Part shown: piece after piece, positions 44,301-55,105 of the stretch
How positions within the stretch are numbered: position 1 is the stretch's first letter
How the letters are laid out: each line of letters starts with the position of its first letter
Translations under genes and position numbers: made by a program
NCBI GenBank assembly: GCA_964016885.1
Contig: OZ024740.1
Location: 20,150,001 to 20,214,000 of the forward strand
Length of the DNA: 64,000 nt
Direction: 5' to 3'
Origin: Eledone cirrhosa
Taxonomy: Eukaryota
Notes under the pieces: model-generated
Seen by the model: the letters and a program-made list of their open reading frames with translations, nothing else
Database searches by the model: none
What the model was told of the DNA's origin: nothing

Positions 44301-45554
44301 TCCAATGTCTGATACCCAGTTCCAATGTATGATACCCAGTTCCAATGTGTGATACCCAGTTCCAATGTCTGATACCTAGTTCCAATGTCTGATACCCAGT
44401 CCCAATGTTTGATACCCAGTTCCAATGTCTGATACCCAGTTCCAATGTCTGATACCCAATTCCAATGTCTGATACCCAGTTCCAATGTCTGATACCCAGT
44501 TCCAATGTCTGATACCAAGTTCCAATGTCTGATACTCAGTTCCAATGTCTGATACCCAGTTCCAATGTCTGATACCCAGTTCCAATGTCTGATACCCAGT
44601 TCCAATGTCTGATACTCAGTTCCAATGTCTGATACCCAGTTCCAATGTCTGATACCCAGTTCCAATGTCTGATACCCAGTTCCAATGTCTGATACCCAGT
44701 TCCAATGTCTGATAGCCAGTTCCAATGTCTGATACTCAGTTCCAATGTCTGATACCCAGTTCCAATGTCTGATACCCAGTTCCAATGTCTGATACCCAGT
44801 TCCAATGTATGATACCCAGTTCCAATGTCTGATACTCAGTTACAATGTCTGATACCCAGTTCCAATGTCTGATACCCAGTTCCAATATCTGATACCCAGT
44901 TCCAATGTATGATACCCAATTCCAAAATCTGATACCCAGTTCCAATGTCTGATACCCAGTTCCAATATCTGATACCTAGTTCCAATGTCTGATACCCAGT
45001 TCCAATATCTGATACCCAGTTCCAATGTCTGATACCTAGTTCCAATGTTTGATACCCAGTTCCAATGTCTGATACCTAGTTCCAATGTCTGATACCCAGT
45101 TCCAATATCTGATACCCAGTGTCTATGTCTGATACCCAGTTCCAATATCTGATACCCAGTTCCAATGTCTGATACCCAGTTCCAATATCTGATACCCAGT
45201 TCCAATATCTGATACCTAGTTCCAATGTCTGATACCCAGTTCCAATGTCTGATACCCAGTTCCAATGTATGATACCCAGTTCCAATGTTTGATACCAGTT
45301 CCAATATCTGATACCCAGTTCCAATGTCTGATACCTAGTTCCAATGTTTGATACCCAGTTCCAATGTTTGATACCCAGTTCCAATGTCTGATACCCAGTT
45401 CCAATGTCTGATAGCCAGTTCCAATGTATGATACCCAGTTCCAATGTTTGATACCCAGTTCCAATATCTGATACACAGTTCCAATGTCTGATACCTAGTT
45501 CCAATGTTTGATACCCAGTTCCAATGTCTGATATCCAGTTCCAATGTCTGATAC

Positions 45555-45747
45555 CTAGCAAGGGAACCGGCATGGTCGTTCACACAAACGGTAAGAAACC
45601 ACAAGCAAACTTCCTTACTGCATTTTTAAAGAAAGGAAAAACACATTTGATAAGTTGGCTTCAGATACACTACCCCCTCCCCCAACGGTATATTGCACGT
45701 GAGCATGTCTGTTGGATTGGAGTTGACCTGGGACTGAGTGGGGGAAC
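45555..45747 (-). other. Putative 193-nt exon of an unidentified minus-strand transcript (mostly non-coding/5' UTR)
   Basis: An island of unique sequence. On the minus strand: TAAC branch-like motif, (CT)n tract and CAG acceptor (plus 45748-45750). It ends TAG|GTATCA at the first satellite monomer. All three frames contain stops; ACCATG at 45573 gives MPVPLL+G. No homology recognised. Confidence 0.25.
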
Positions 45748-45749
45748 CT

Positions 45750-46200
45750 GAGAGAGAGATGGAGAGAGAGAGAGAGAGTGTTACACAAACATGCAAATTC
45801 TTATTGAATGTCACTCACAGATGTAGATAGATAAATAGAGAAAGAGAAGGGGGATATAGAAATAGAGGGTGGGGTTAAGGAGAAGGGGGAGATAGGGGTA
45901 CGGGGAGGTGTTAAGGTATATAGTTATGCAAGAGAAGAGAGAGGGAGAGTCATATAAATGTGTACATAGTTATTGAATGATACTTAGGGAGGGAGAGAGA
46001 GAGAGAGAGAGAGGGGGAGGGGGAGGAAAGAGGTAGAGAGTATAGAATATCTACGTAAGAGTTAGATAAACATATACACACTTATTGAATGTTACAAGTA
46101 GAGAGAGAGAGAGAGAGAGTGTAGTGAGTGAAAGCGAGTGTGATAGTGAATAAAGTTTGAGTGGAGGAGAGAAAGTGAGTAATAGAAGGGAGTGTCTTAA
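45750..46200. repeat. Purine-rich low-complexity region with (GA)n microsatellites
   Basis: (GA)n runs near 45750-45778, 45994-46013 and 46100-46118, and G/A-rich sequence between them. Confidence 0.85.
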
Positions 46201-46201
46201 T

Positions 46202-46515
<314 letters not shown>

Positions 46516-46702
46516 GAAGAAATATATAAGGGAAAGATATAGGGAAAGAGAGAGAGAAAAACATGCAAGGAAAGATGTAGAGAAAGAAAAAGAGAGGGAA
46601 AGATATAGAGAAAGAGAAACAAAGAGGGAATATAAAAGAGAAAGAGAGAGAGTAAGAAGATAATGATCAGTGCGTGTTTCAGTGACAGGATAGTAGGAGT
46701 AG

Positions 46703-46743
46703 GCATGCGCAATGATGATAGATGGCAACAGAAAAATGGCGGC
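46703..46743 (+). promoter_or_regulatory. Putative housekeeping-type promoter elements: NRF1-like site and YY1 site overlapping the start codon
   Basis: GCATGCGCA at 46703-46711 matches most of the NRF1 consensus TGCGCATGCGCA. AAAATGGCGGC at 46733-46743 matches the YY1 consensus AANATGGCGGC. No TATA box seen. Function is inferred. Confidence 0.55.
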
Positions 46744-46907
46744 CAGCTTCGGGACAGGCGGCCAGAGTCCGACTTCTGTTTCCAGAACTCTTGAGCGAGT
46801 CTTTGAAGATGCTCAATATTCGGGAGAAGTGTTACTATGTGGACGAAACCTTAAGGAATATCCTAAATTTGCATCTAAATATGACCTAGCAGACACGGTA
46901 TACGCAG
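46736..46907 (+). CDS. LRCH: First coding exon of a leucine-rich repeat and calponin homology domain-containing protein (LRCH family)
   Basis: Translates to MAASFGTGGQSPTSVSRTLERVFEDAQYSGEVLLCGRNLKEYPKFASKYDLADTVYA+G. This matches the LRCH N-terminal block as I recall it (R.LERALEEA..SG.L.LSGRKL.EFP......DL.DT..ADLS.NR). Good Kozak context (AAAATGG). Donor CAG|GTAAAG at 46908 splits the expected Asp codon (phase 1). In-frame upstream ATGs at 46712/46715 are possible alternatives. Confidence 0.9.
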
Positions 46908-46954
46908 GTAAAGACAAGTAATGTTTCACTCAAATGTTATATACATATCTATAT

Positions 46955-47048
46955 ACACACACATATGTGTGAGTGTGTCCACACACATATGTGTGAGTGT
47001 GTCCACACACACATATATGTGAGTGTGTCCACACATATGTGTGTGTCC
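46955..47048. repeat. Short minisatellite CACACA(CA)TATGTGTGAGTGTGTC, about 4 copies
   Basis: Units of about 24-26 bp, each containing the self-complementary core ACACATATGTGT or a close variant. Confidence 0.85.
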
Positions 47049-47660
47049 GATGGTTGTCGTTTATTATAATCACGGGTAATGTGTTTATAAGGTATATTCT
47101 TATCGGGATGAGTAGGTTACAAATATTCTTATATTTTATACTCCACTTAATCTGCCGGTTATTGTTATCTAATTGGTTACTTTCCAAATTGATCACAATA
47201 AGCGGTTTCCACACTCTCTCTCTATATATAAAGTATATATATATATATTTATGCACGGATACATATGTACACATGTATATTTATACATACACACACACAC
47301 ATAGTCTATATATATTTCACACACACAGAGTTTGTGGTATATGTTTATATAGACACACACATGTATACACACATATATACACACACACAGTACTTTTGTA
47401 TATTTCTAGTCTTCCTCCTTTCTCTCGTCGTCTGTCGCTGTCCAACTTTTTCTCTTAATACACTTCTAGCCCTCATCTTCTATTCTACATCATCTACATC
47501 CTTGTATATGCAGTGTGTGTGATTGTATATATCTATGTGTATATAGATGAGAGAGACACATTTCTACAAAGACTACTATCTCTAAGTAACGTGTATACAT
47601 TTTTTTACTTGCTGCTTTGTTAAACTCTAAACCGTTAAATATATATATATATCAGAAACC

Positions 47661-47662
<2 letters not shown>

Positions 47663-47701
<39 letters not shown>

Positions 47702-47713
47702 ATATATATATAT
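47663..47713. repeat. (TG)n followed by (TA)n microsatellite
   Basis: Directly visible. Confidence 0.95.
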
Positions 47714-47916
47714 AGGAAAATGTTCAAGACCCCGACGGCAGAGCTCAAGCCGTTTCGACGGCTATTATTTCTGGACTAAAAAATAGACGTCAAAACGCCT
47801 TGAGCTCTGCCGTCGGGGTCTTGAACATTTTCCTATTACCCACTCCTCTCCTACCCTAAGTATTGAGTACTCTGGTGCGTTATGGTCCACCTGGTTCCTT
47901 ACCACACTTCCTTCGT

Positions 47917-47918
<2 letters not shown>
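47712..47918. mobile_element. Putative non-autonomous element in (TA)n: 125-bp foldback palindrome plus ~80-bp unique tail
   Basis: 47712-47749 is the perfect reverse complement of 47799-47836 (38 bp). The stem extends inward to about 59 bp with 4 mismatches and a 7-nt loop. Both flanks are (TA)n. The palindrome is certain; mobile origin is inferred. Confidence 0.6.
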
Positions 47919-47962
<44 letters not shown>

Positions 47963-48391
47963 CAATGCATATGGTGTGATATTGCATTGATGTGCATACA
48001 TTCACATGTATAAAGGACTGAAGGATGGTGCTGTGTGAAATGAAATCGATGAAACATACATACACACGTTGATGTATAAACACACACACACGCACACTGT
48101 AGCGGTGGAAGAAGTCGTCGGCATTGTACAAAAAAATCTCTATAACATATATTGAGTACTCTTTCGTTTGTTAAACCCCATACAGCGTATATATATATAT
48201 ATATAGATATATAAATACACACACACACATATATATATATACATATATCCACATACACTAATATATGTATTTATGGTATTGTTTAGCCGCAGGTCAGCTC
48301 TATTTATGATCAAGAAGTCATAGCTGCGATTATTCCATCGAGGTTTAAGACTGTATTCAGCTTTAAATGATCTAATTTACTTTTGTTATAA

Positions 48392-48413
48392 CCCCCCCCC
48401 CCCCCCCCCCCCC
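48392..48413. repeat. Poly-C tract (22 nt)
   Basis: Directly visible. Confidence 0.95.
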
Positions 48414-48559
48414 TCCTAAAAATAAAACAAACAAAACACCAAAAAAAAAGGTGGCGTGTTCTGAAGGAAATTTGGTTTATATTTCTAGCATGGCGCCTGA
48501 CCATTTTGAGCTCTCCTCGTTTCATGTATTTGGGACTATCATATGTATTTATGATACTC

Positions 48560-49185
48560 TGTGTGTGTGTATATATATGTATGTATATATATATATGTGT
48601 ATGTATATGTGTATGTATATATATATATATGTATATGTGTATGTATATATATATATATGTGTATGTATATGTGTATGTATATATATATGTGTATGTATAT
48701 ATATATGTGTATGTATATATATATGTGTATGTATATTATATATGTGTATGTATATATATATGTGTATGTATATATATATGTGTATGTATATATATATGTA
48801 TGTATATATATTATATGTATGTATTATATAATATATATATGTAAGTACTATATGTATATATATATGTACTATATGTATTATATATATATGTATGTATATA
48901 TATATATGTATGTATATATATATATGTATGTATATATATATATGTATGTATATATATATATGTATGTATATATATATATATATGTATGTATATATATATA
49001 TATGTATGTATATATATATATATGTGTATGTATATATATATATATGTGTATGTATATATATATATATGTGTATGTATATATATATATATATGTGTATGTA
49101 TATATATATATATATGTGTATGTATATATATGTGTATGTATATATATATGTATGTATATATATATGTATATATATATATGTATAT
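48560..49185. repeat. (TA)n/(TATG)n compound microsatellite
   Basis: Units of (TA)n-TGTGTATG; directly visible. Confidence 0.97.
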
Positions 49186-50055
49186 ATGTTATTGAACGAA
49201 GATAAATTCGAACTGATCCACTTTGGAAAAGAGGATGCTCTGAAACTCCCGTACTCCCTTCCCTCCGGGGAAACTCTCGTGGCATCTAACAACATCAGAG
49301 ACTTGGGAGTAACCGTGGACAGCAACATAAGCTGGACCACGCATATAAGCAGCAAAGTTGACATGGCCCGCAGAATGTGTTCCTGGATCCTCAGAACCTT
49401 CCAGTCGAGAGATTCCCGCACCATTATCCTTCTCTTCTCTACTTTCGCCCGACCACACCTTGAATACTGTTGTCCACTGTGGTCTCCCCACACGAAACAA
49501 AGTATCATGAAACTTGAAGCTCCTCAAAGGGCAATCACGAAAAAGATAGATGGCATGTCAGACCTTGACTACTGGGGTCGATTGGAAAACCTGAAACTTT
49601 ACTCACTCCAACGTCGCCGTGAGCGTTATAGTTATCTGCATGATGTGGAAAATGTTCCATCATCACTGCCCAAATGATGTTGGCATCGCCTTCAAGATAC
49701 ACCCAAGGCTTGGGCCCCGTGCTATCCGTCCCATTCAAAAATCTAAATCGCAACTCATAACAACAATACGGCACAATTATTTCACCTCAATCGGCCCTGC
49801 TCTCTTCAACATCACACCAGGACACGTCAAAACAGAAACTGACCACACAAAATTCAAGAAGTCTTTGGACAAATTCCTCCAAGTAATCCCGGACAAACCA
49901 CCCACACCCGGAGTGTCTCAGCAAACAGTAATTTTCTTCTCGAATGGGCCATGGTGCCCAAATCCTGAATTGAAAGACTTCGCCAGGTGGTGCTATTAAG
50001 TTAGACATGGCCTGGGCCAATACTGGCCAAAACATTTCAAAGTTATTCAAAGTTA
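49186..50055 (+). mobile_element. 5'-truncated, frameshifted LINE of the CR1/L2 group (ORF2 C-terminus and 3' UTR)
   Basis: Reads [12 protein letters not shown]...[18 protein letters not shown]...ILRTF...[14 protein letters not shown]...LEAPQR...[20 protein letters not shown], typical of the CR1/L2 RT thumb and C-terminal region. Frameshift near 49630 continues WKMF...FKKSLDKFLQVIPDKP. A second probable shift near 49913 gives VSANSNFLLEW...stop at 49966-49968. Tail is (TTCAAAGTTA)x2 at 50036-50055. Confidence 0.93.
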
Positions 50056-50181
50056 TATATATAGATATATATATATTATATATATATATATTATATATAT
50101 ATAGATATATATATATTATATATATATAGATATATATATTATATAAATATATTATATATATATAGATATATATATATTATA

Positions 50182-50253
<72 letters not shown>

Positions 50254-50358
50254 ATATATATATTATATATATATATTATATATATATATATATTATATAT
50301 ATATATATTATATATAAATATATTATAATATATATATATATAATATAAATATATATAG

Positions 50359-50397
<39 letters not shown>

Positions 50398-50416
50398 TAG
50401 CGATATTATATATATA

Positions 50417-50476
<60 letters not shown>

Positions 50477-50577
50477 ATATATATACATGTTATATATATA
50501 TTATATATATATATATATTATATATATATATATATATTATATATATATATTATATCTATATATATATATATATATTA

Positions 50578-50620
<43 letters not shown>

Positions 50621-50808
50621 ATATATAATATATTTAATATATATATATATATAATATATATAATATATATGTATATATATTATATATATAATATATATAT
50701 ATTATATATATAATATATATAATATATATATATATATATTATATATATATATATATAATATATATAATAAATATATATATAATATATATAATATATATAT
50801 ATATATAT

Positions 50809-50841
<33 letters not shown>

Positions 50842-50962
50842 ATATATATATATATATATTATATATATAATATATATATATATATATTATATATATATAT
50901 ATATTATATATATAATATATATATATTATATATATTATATATATAATAAATATATAATATAT

Positions 50963-50993
<31 letters not shown>

Positions 50994-51517
50994 TATATAT
51001 ATAATATATATTATATATATTATATATATAATATATATTATATATATTATATATATAATATATATATATATTATATATATTATATATATAATATATATAT
51101 ATATTATATATATTGTATATATATATATATTATATATATATATATAATATTTATATATATATATATATATAATATATATTATATATATTATATATATCAT
51201 ATATATATATATATAATATACATATATATATATATATTATATATTATATATATAATATATATATATATTATATATAATATATATATAATATATATATATA
51301 TATATTTATTATATATATTATATATATATTATATATATATATATATATAATATATATATATATATATTATATATATTTTTTATATATATATATATATAAT
51401 ATATATATATATATTATTTATATTATATATATATATATTACATATATATATATATATTATATATATATATATATATATACATTATATATATATATATATT
51501 ATATATATATATATTTG

Positions 51518-51548
<31 letters not shown>

Positions 51549-51858
51549 ATTATATATATATAGATAGATATATATATTATATATATATAGATATATATAT
51601 TATATATATGTATTATAGATATATAGATAGATATATATATATTATATATAGATATATATATATTATATATATATATTATATATATATATAGATATATATA
51701 TATTATATATATATATTATATATATATATAGATATATATTATATATATATATCTATATATATATAATATATATATATTATATATATATATAGATATATTA
51801 TATATATATAGATATATATATAATATATATATCTATCTATATATCTATAATACATATA
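50056..51858. repeat. Very long degenerate (TA)n tract (~1.8 kb)
   Basis: Almost pure A/T alternation with TATTA, TAATA and TAGA interruptions. Confidence 0.98.
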
Positions 51859-51879
51859 GAAAAAAGAGTGCGCTATATA

Positions 51880-52072
51880 GGCAACAGAGCTTTGGCAGTA
51901 TCGGTAGAGGGTCGGACGCCATGCTTTCCAGCAGAGTTACGTCCCTTTACGATCTGAGTTCAAATCCCGCCGAGGTTGACTTTGCCTTTCATCCTTACGG
52001 GGTCGATAAAATAAAGTAACAGTAATGCACTGGGTAATTTGCTGGCCTTGTGCCAAATGTAGAAACAATTAT
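51880..52072 (+). mobile_element. tRNA-derived SINE, degraded (octopus-type family with conserved central domain)
   Basis: Pol III A-box-like TGGCAGTATCGG (51893-51904) and B-box GTTCAAATCC (51958-51967), followed by GAGGTTGACTTTGCCTTTCATCCTTACGGGGTCGATAAAATAA. I recall this as the Meta-type SINE core common in octopus. Confidence 0.85.
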
Positions 52073-52335
52073 GTAATAAACAACATAAGGCAATTATTCC
52101 ATTTACCAGTGGTTTCTTAAAAGCAAAAGGTTTTGCTTTCAATCCTCAGAATGAAAATATCCTATATGTATGTGTGTGTGTGTGTGTGTGTTTATATTTG
52201 GTTGTGCGTGTTTATGATATATACGTATTTGCATGTGTATAATTGTTTAGCTATGTATGTATATGTGTGTGTATGTATACGTATATGTGTGTGTGTGTGT
52301 GCGTTTATATTTTTGTATATATATATATATATATA

Positions 52336-52535
52336 NNNNNNNNNNNNNNNNNNNNNNNNNNNNNNNNNNNNNNNNNNNNNNNNNNNNNNNNNNNNNNNNN
52401 NNNNNNNNNNNNNNNNNNNNNNNNNNNNNNNNNNNNNNNNNNNNNNNNNNNNNNNNNNNNNNNNNNNNNNNNNNNNNNNNNNNNNNNNNNNNNNNNNNNN
52501 NNNNNNNNNNNNNNNNNNNNNNNNNNNNNNNNNNN
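52336..52535. other. Assembly gap (200 N)
   Basis: A run of 200 N; the round size suggests a scaffolding join of unknown true length. Confidence 1.
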
Positions 52536-54000
52536 GTGTATCTCTCCGTATGTGTGTGTGTATCTCTCCATGTGTGTGTGTGTGTATCTCTCCATGTGTG
52601 TGTGTGTATCTCTCCATGTGTGCGTGTATCTCTCCGTGTGTGCGTGTATCTCTGTGTGTGCGTGTATCTCTCTGTGTGTGTGTATCTCTCCGTATGTGTG
52701 TGTGTATCTCTCCGTGTGTGTGTGTGTGTGTATCTCTCCGTGTGTGTGTGTATCTCTCCATGTGTGTGTGTATCTATCCATGTGTGTGTGTATCTCTCCG
52801 TGTGTGTGTGTATCTCTCCGTGTGTGTGTGTGTGTATCTCTCCGTGTGTGTGTGTGTGTATCTCTCCGTGTGTGTGTGTATCTCTCCATGTGTGTGTGTA
52901 TCTCTCCGTATGTGTGTGTGTATCTCTCCGTGTGTGTGTGTGTATCTCTCCGTGTGTGTGTATCTCTCCGTATGTGTGTGTGTATCTCTCCGTGTGTGTG
53001 TATCTCTCCATTTGTGTGTATCTCTCCGTGTGTGTGTGTATCTCTCCATGTGTGTGTGTATCTCTCCATGTATGTGTGTGTGTATCTCTCCATGTATGTG
53101 TGTGTATCTCTCCGTGTGTGTGTGTATCTCTCCATGTGTGTGTGTATCTCTCTGTGTGTGTGTGTATCTCTCTGTGTGTGTGTGTATCTCTCCGTGTGTG
53201 TGTGTATCTCTCCATGTGTGTGTGTATCTCTCCGTGTGTGTGTGTATCTCTCCGTGTGTGTGTGTATCTCTCCGTGTGTGTGTGTATCTCTCCGTGTGTG
53301 TGTGTATCTCTCCATGTGTGTGTGTATCTCTCCGTGTGTGTGTGTATCTCTCCGTATGTGTGTGTGTATCTCTCCGTGTGTGTGTATCTCTCCGTATGTG
53401 TGTGTGTATCTCTCCGTGTGTGTGTATCTCTCCATTTGTGTGTATCTCTCCGTGTGTGTGTGTATCTCTCCATGTGTGTGTGTATCTCTCCATGTATGTG
53501 TGTGTATCTCTCCGTGTGTGTGTGTATCTCTCCGTGTGTGTGTGTATCTCTCCGTGTGTGTGTGTATCTCTGTATGTGTATCTCTCCGTGTGTGTGTGTG
53601 TGTGTGTGTGTATCTCTCCGTGTGTGTGTATCTCTCCATGTGTGTGTGTATCTCTCCATGTATGTGTGTGTATCTCTCCGTGTGTGTGTGTATCTCTCCG
53701 TGTGTGTGTGTATCTCTCCGTGTGTGTGTGTATCTCTGTATGTGTATCTCTCCGTGTGTGTGTGTGTGTGTGTGTGTATCTCTCCGTGTGTGTGTATCTC
53801 TCCATGTGTGTGTGTATCTCTCCGTGTGTGTGTGTATCTCTCCGTGTGTGTGTGTATCTCTCCGTGTGTGTATCTCTCCGTGTGTGTGTATCTCTCCGTG
53901 TGTGTGTATCTCTCCATGTGTGTGTGTGTATCTCTCCATGTGTGTGTATCTCTCCATGTGTGTGTATCTCTCCACATGTATCTCCACATGTGTATCTCTT
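52536..54000. repeat. Minisatellite (GT)n-ATCTCTCC(G/A), variable unit of about 16-30 bp
   Basis: A constant GTATCTCTCC core separated by variable (TG)n. Confidence 0.97.
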
Positions 54001-54169
54001 CCATTGCTGTCTACCACCTCTATACCCTACAGTATATGTTCCTGTCAATCTACATCACATCTCCTATCTGTCGTAGATTCATAGAACCTCTACATTGTGT
54101 GTGTGTGTGTGTGTGTGTGTACATGTGTGTGCTTAATAGATTGAAACTGGAAAGGCGAGGTGTGTGTGG

Positions 54170-54392
54170 TATGTGTTAATGGCTGTGTTAATGTGTGTTA
54201 ATGTATGTGTGTGTTAATGTGTGTTAATGTGTGTTAGTGTATGTGTGTGTGTTAATGTGTGTTAGTGTATGTGTTAATATGTTAGTGTATGTGTGTGTGT
54301 GTTAATGTCTGTATTAGTGTGTTTGTGTGTGTTAGTGTATGTGTGTTAGTGTGTGTGTGTTAGTGTATGTGTGTGTGAGTGTGTGTGTGTAC
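54170..54392. repeat. Degenerate (GT)n-TAAT/TAGT minisatellite
   Basis: Recurrent GTGTGTTAAT and GTGTTAGT units. Confidence 0.85.
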
Positions 54393-54494
54393 ATATAGAG
54401 TAAACAGTGAAGTGGAGGTATGAAGTATGAAATTGTTATACTTCAAAGATAGAGCTATGTGAAATATGTCTGATTAGATAGAATAGATGTGTGT

Positions 54495-54573
54495 AGTTGG
54501 TTCACTGTCCTACATGTGGCTATGTAGTGCTGATAGCTCCCTCCAGTTGGTTCACTGTCCTACATGTGGCTAT
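54495..54573. repeat. Exact 29-bp direct repeat, 50-bp period
   Basis: AGTTGGTTCACTGTCCTACATGTGGCTAT at 54495-54523 and 54545-54573. Confidence 0.95.
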
Positions 54574-54609
54574 ATATGTAATGATGGAGTTTTGGTAGGG
54601 ATTATACAA

Positions 54610-55105
54610 ATAATAATAATAGTAGTAGTGGTGGTGGTGGTTATAGTGTTGGTGGTAGTGGTAGAAATGATGGTGGTGGTAGTGCTGGTTGTAGTGGTTG
54701 ATTGGTGGTGATTGAGGTGGTAGTGGTGGTAGTGTTAGAAGTTGTGGTGGTTGTAGTGCTGGTGGTAGTGGTAGAAATGGTGGTGGTTGTAGTGCTGGTG
54801 GTAGTTGTTGAAATGGTGGTGGTGGTAGTGGTTGAAATGCTGGTGGTTGTAGTGCTGGCGGTAGTGGTTGAAAGGGTGGTGATTGTAGTGCTGGTGGTAG
54901 TGGTTGAAATGGTGGTGGTAGTGGTAGAAATGGTGGTAGTTGTGGCAGTGTTGGTGGTAGTGTTGGTAGTGGTGGCAGTGTTGGTGGTAGTGGTGGTCGT
55001 GTTGGTGGCAGTGTTGGTGGTAGTGGTGGCAGTGTTGGTGGCAGTGTTGGTAGTAGTGGTAGTGTTAGTCACAGTAGAGGCAATAGTAAATAATAATGGT
55101 GGTGG
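54610..55105. repeat. Degenerate trinucleotide repeat (GTG/GTA/GTT)n
   Basis: Gives the poly-Val and poly-Thr ORFs; sub-unit GTAGTGCTGGTGGTAGTGGTWGAAATGGTG recurs. Confidence 0.93.

Larger units (their letters stand above)
1..45558. repeat. Tandem satellite DNA, 20-bp monomer (consensus CCAGTTCCAATGTCTGATAC), about 2,280 copies, open at the left window edge
   Basis: Uninterrupted head-to-tail monomers with recurrent point variants (GTTTG, ATCTG, CCTAG, CGCAG, GTATG) and occasional 19- or 21-bp units. No non-satellite insertion seen. Ends abruptly at ...GATACCTAG (45558). Confidence 0.99.

Noticed and set aside
96-45476. Hundreds of minus-strand ORFs encoding (LELGIRHWNWVSDIGTGYQT)n
   Set aside because: They are translations of the 20-bp satellite, present in all three frames and mostly starting at TTG. 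The monomer length is not a multiple of 3 and there is no sign of codon-level constraint.
1-45558. CRISPR array or telomeric repeat
   Set aside because: There are no unique spacers and no cas genes. The unit is not a TTAGGG-type telomere repeat.
46908-46921. C-terminal GKDK-stop of the 69-aa ORF 46712-46921
   Set aside because: This is read-through into the intron; LRCH similarity predicts splicing at GT 46908.
47712-47836. Hammerhead ribozyme (as in Penelope-like elements) or intrinsic terminator
   Set aside because: CGAAAC is present on the minus strand, but I found no correctly placed CUGANGA core. Bacterial terminators do not apply. An Infernal search with Rfam hammerhead models would settle it.
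46930-49185. YI/CV/HT-rich ORFs
   Set aside because: They are microsatellite translations.
49186-49999. Functional reverse transcriptase gene, retron or other novel RT system
   Set aside because: The catalytic YADD region and endonuclease are absent and there are two frameshifts; it is an ordinary dead LINE copy.
51880-51975. tRNA gene
   Set aside because: A and B boxes are present but there is no convincing cloverleaf, and the sequence continues into a SINE core.
54060-54095. LRCH exon 2 candidate after TCGTAG
   Set aside because: The phase-1 continuation would read D-S-stop, not the expected DLS.NR leucine-rich repeat.
52133-54179. Long 400-650 aa Cys/Val- or His/Thr-rich ORFs on both strands
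   Set aside because: They are translations of the (GT)n-ATCTCTCC minisatellite, and several run across the N gap.
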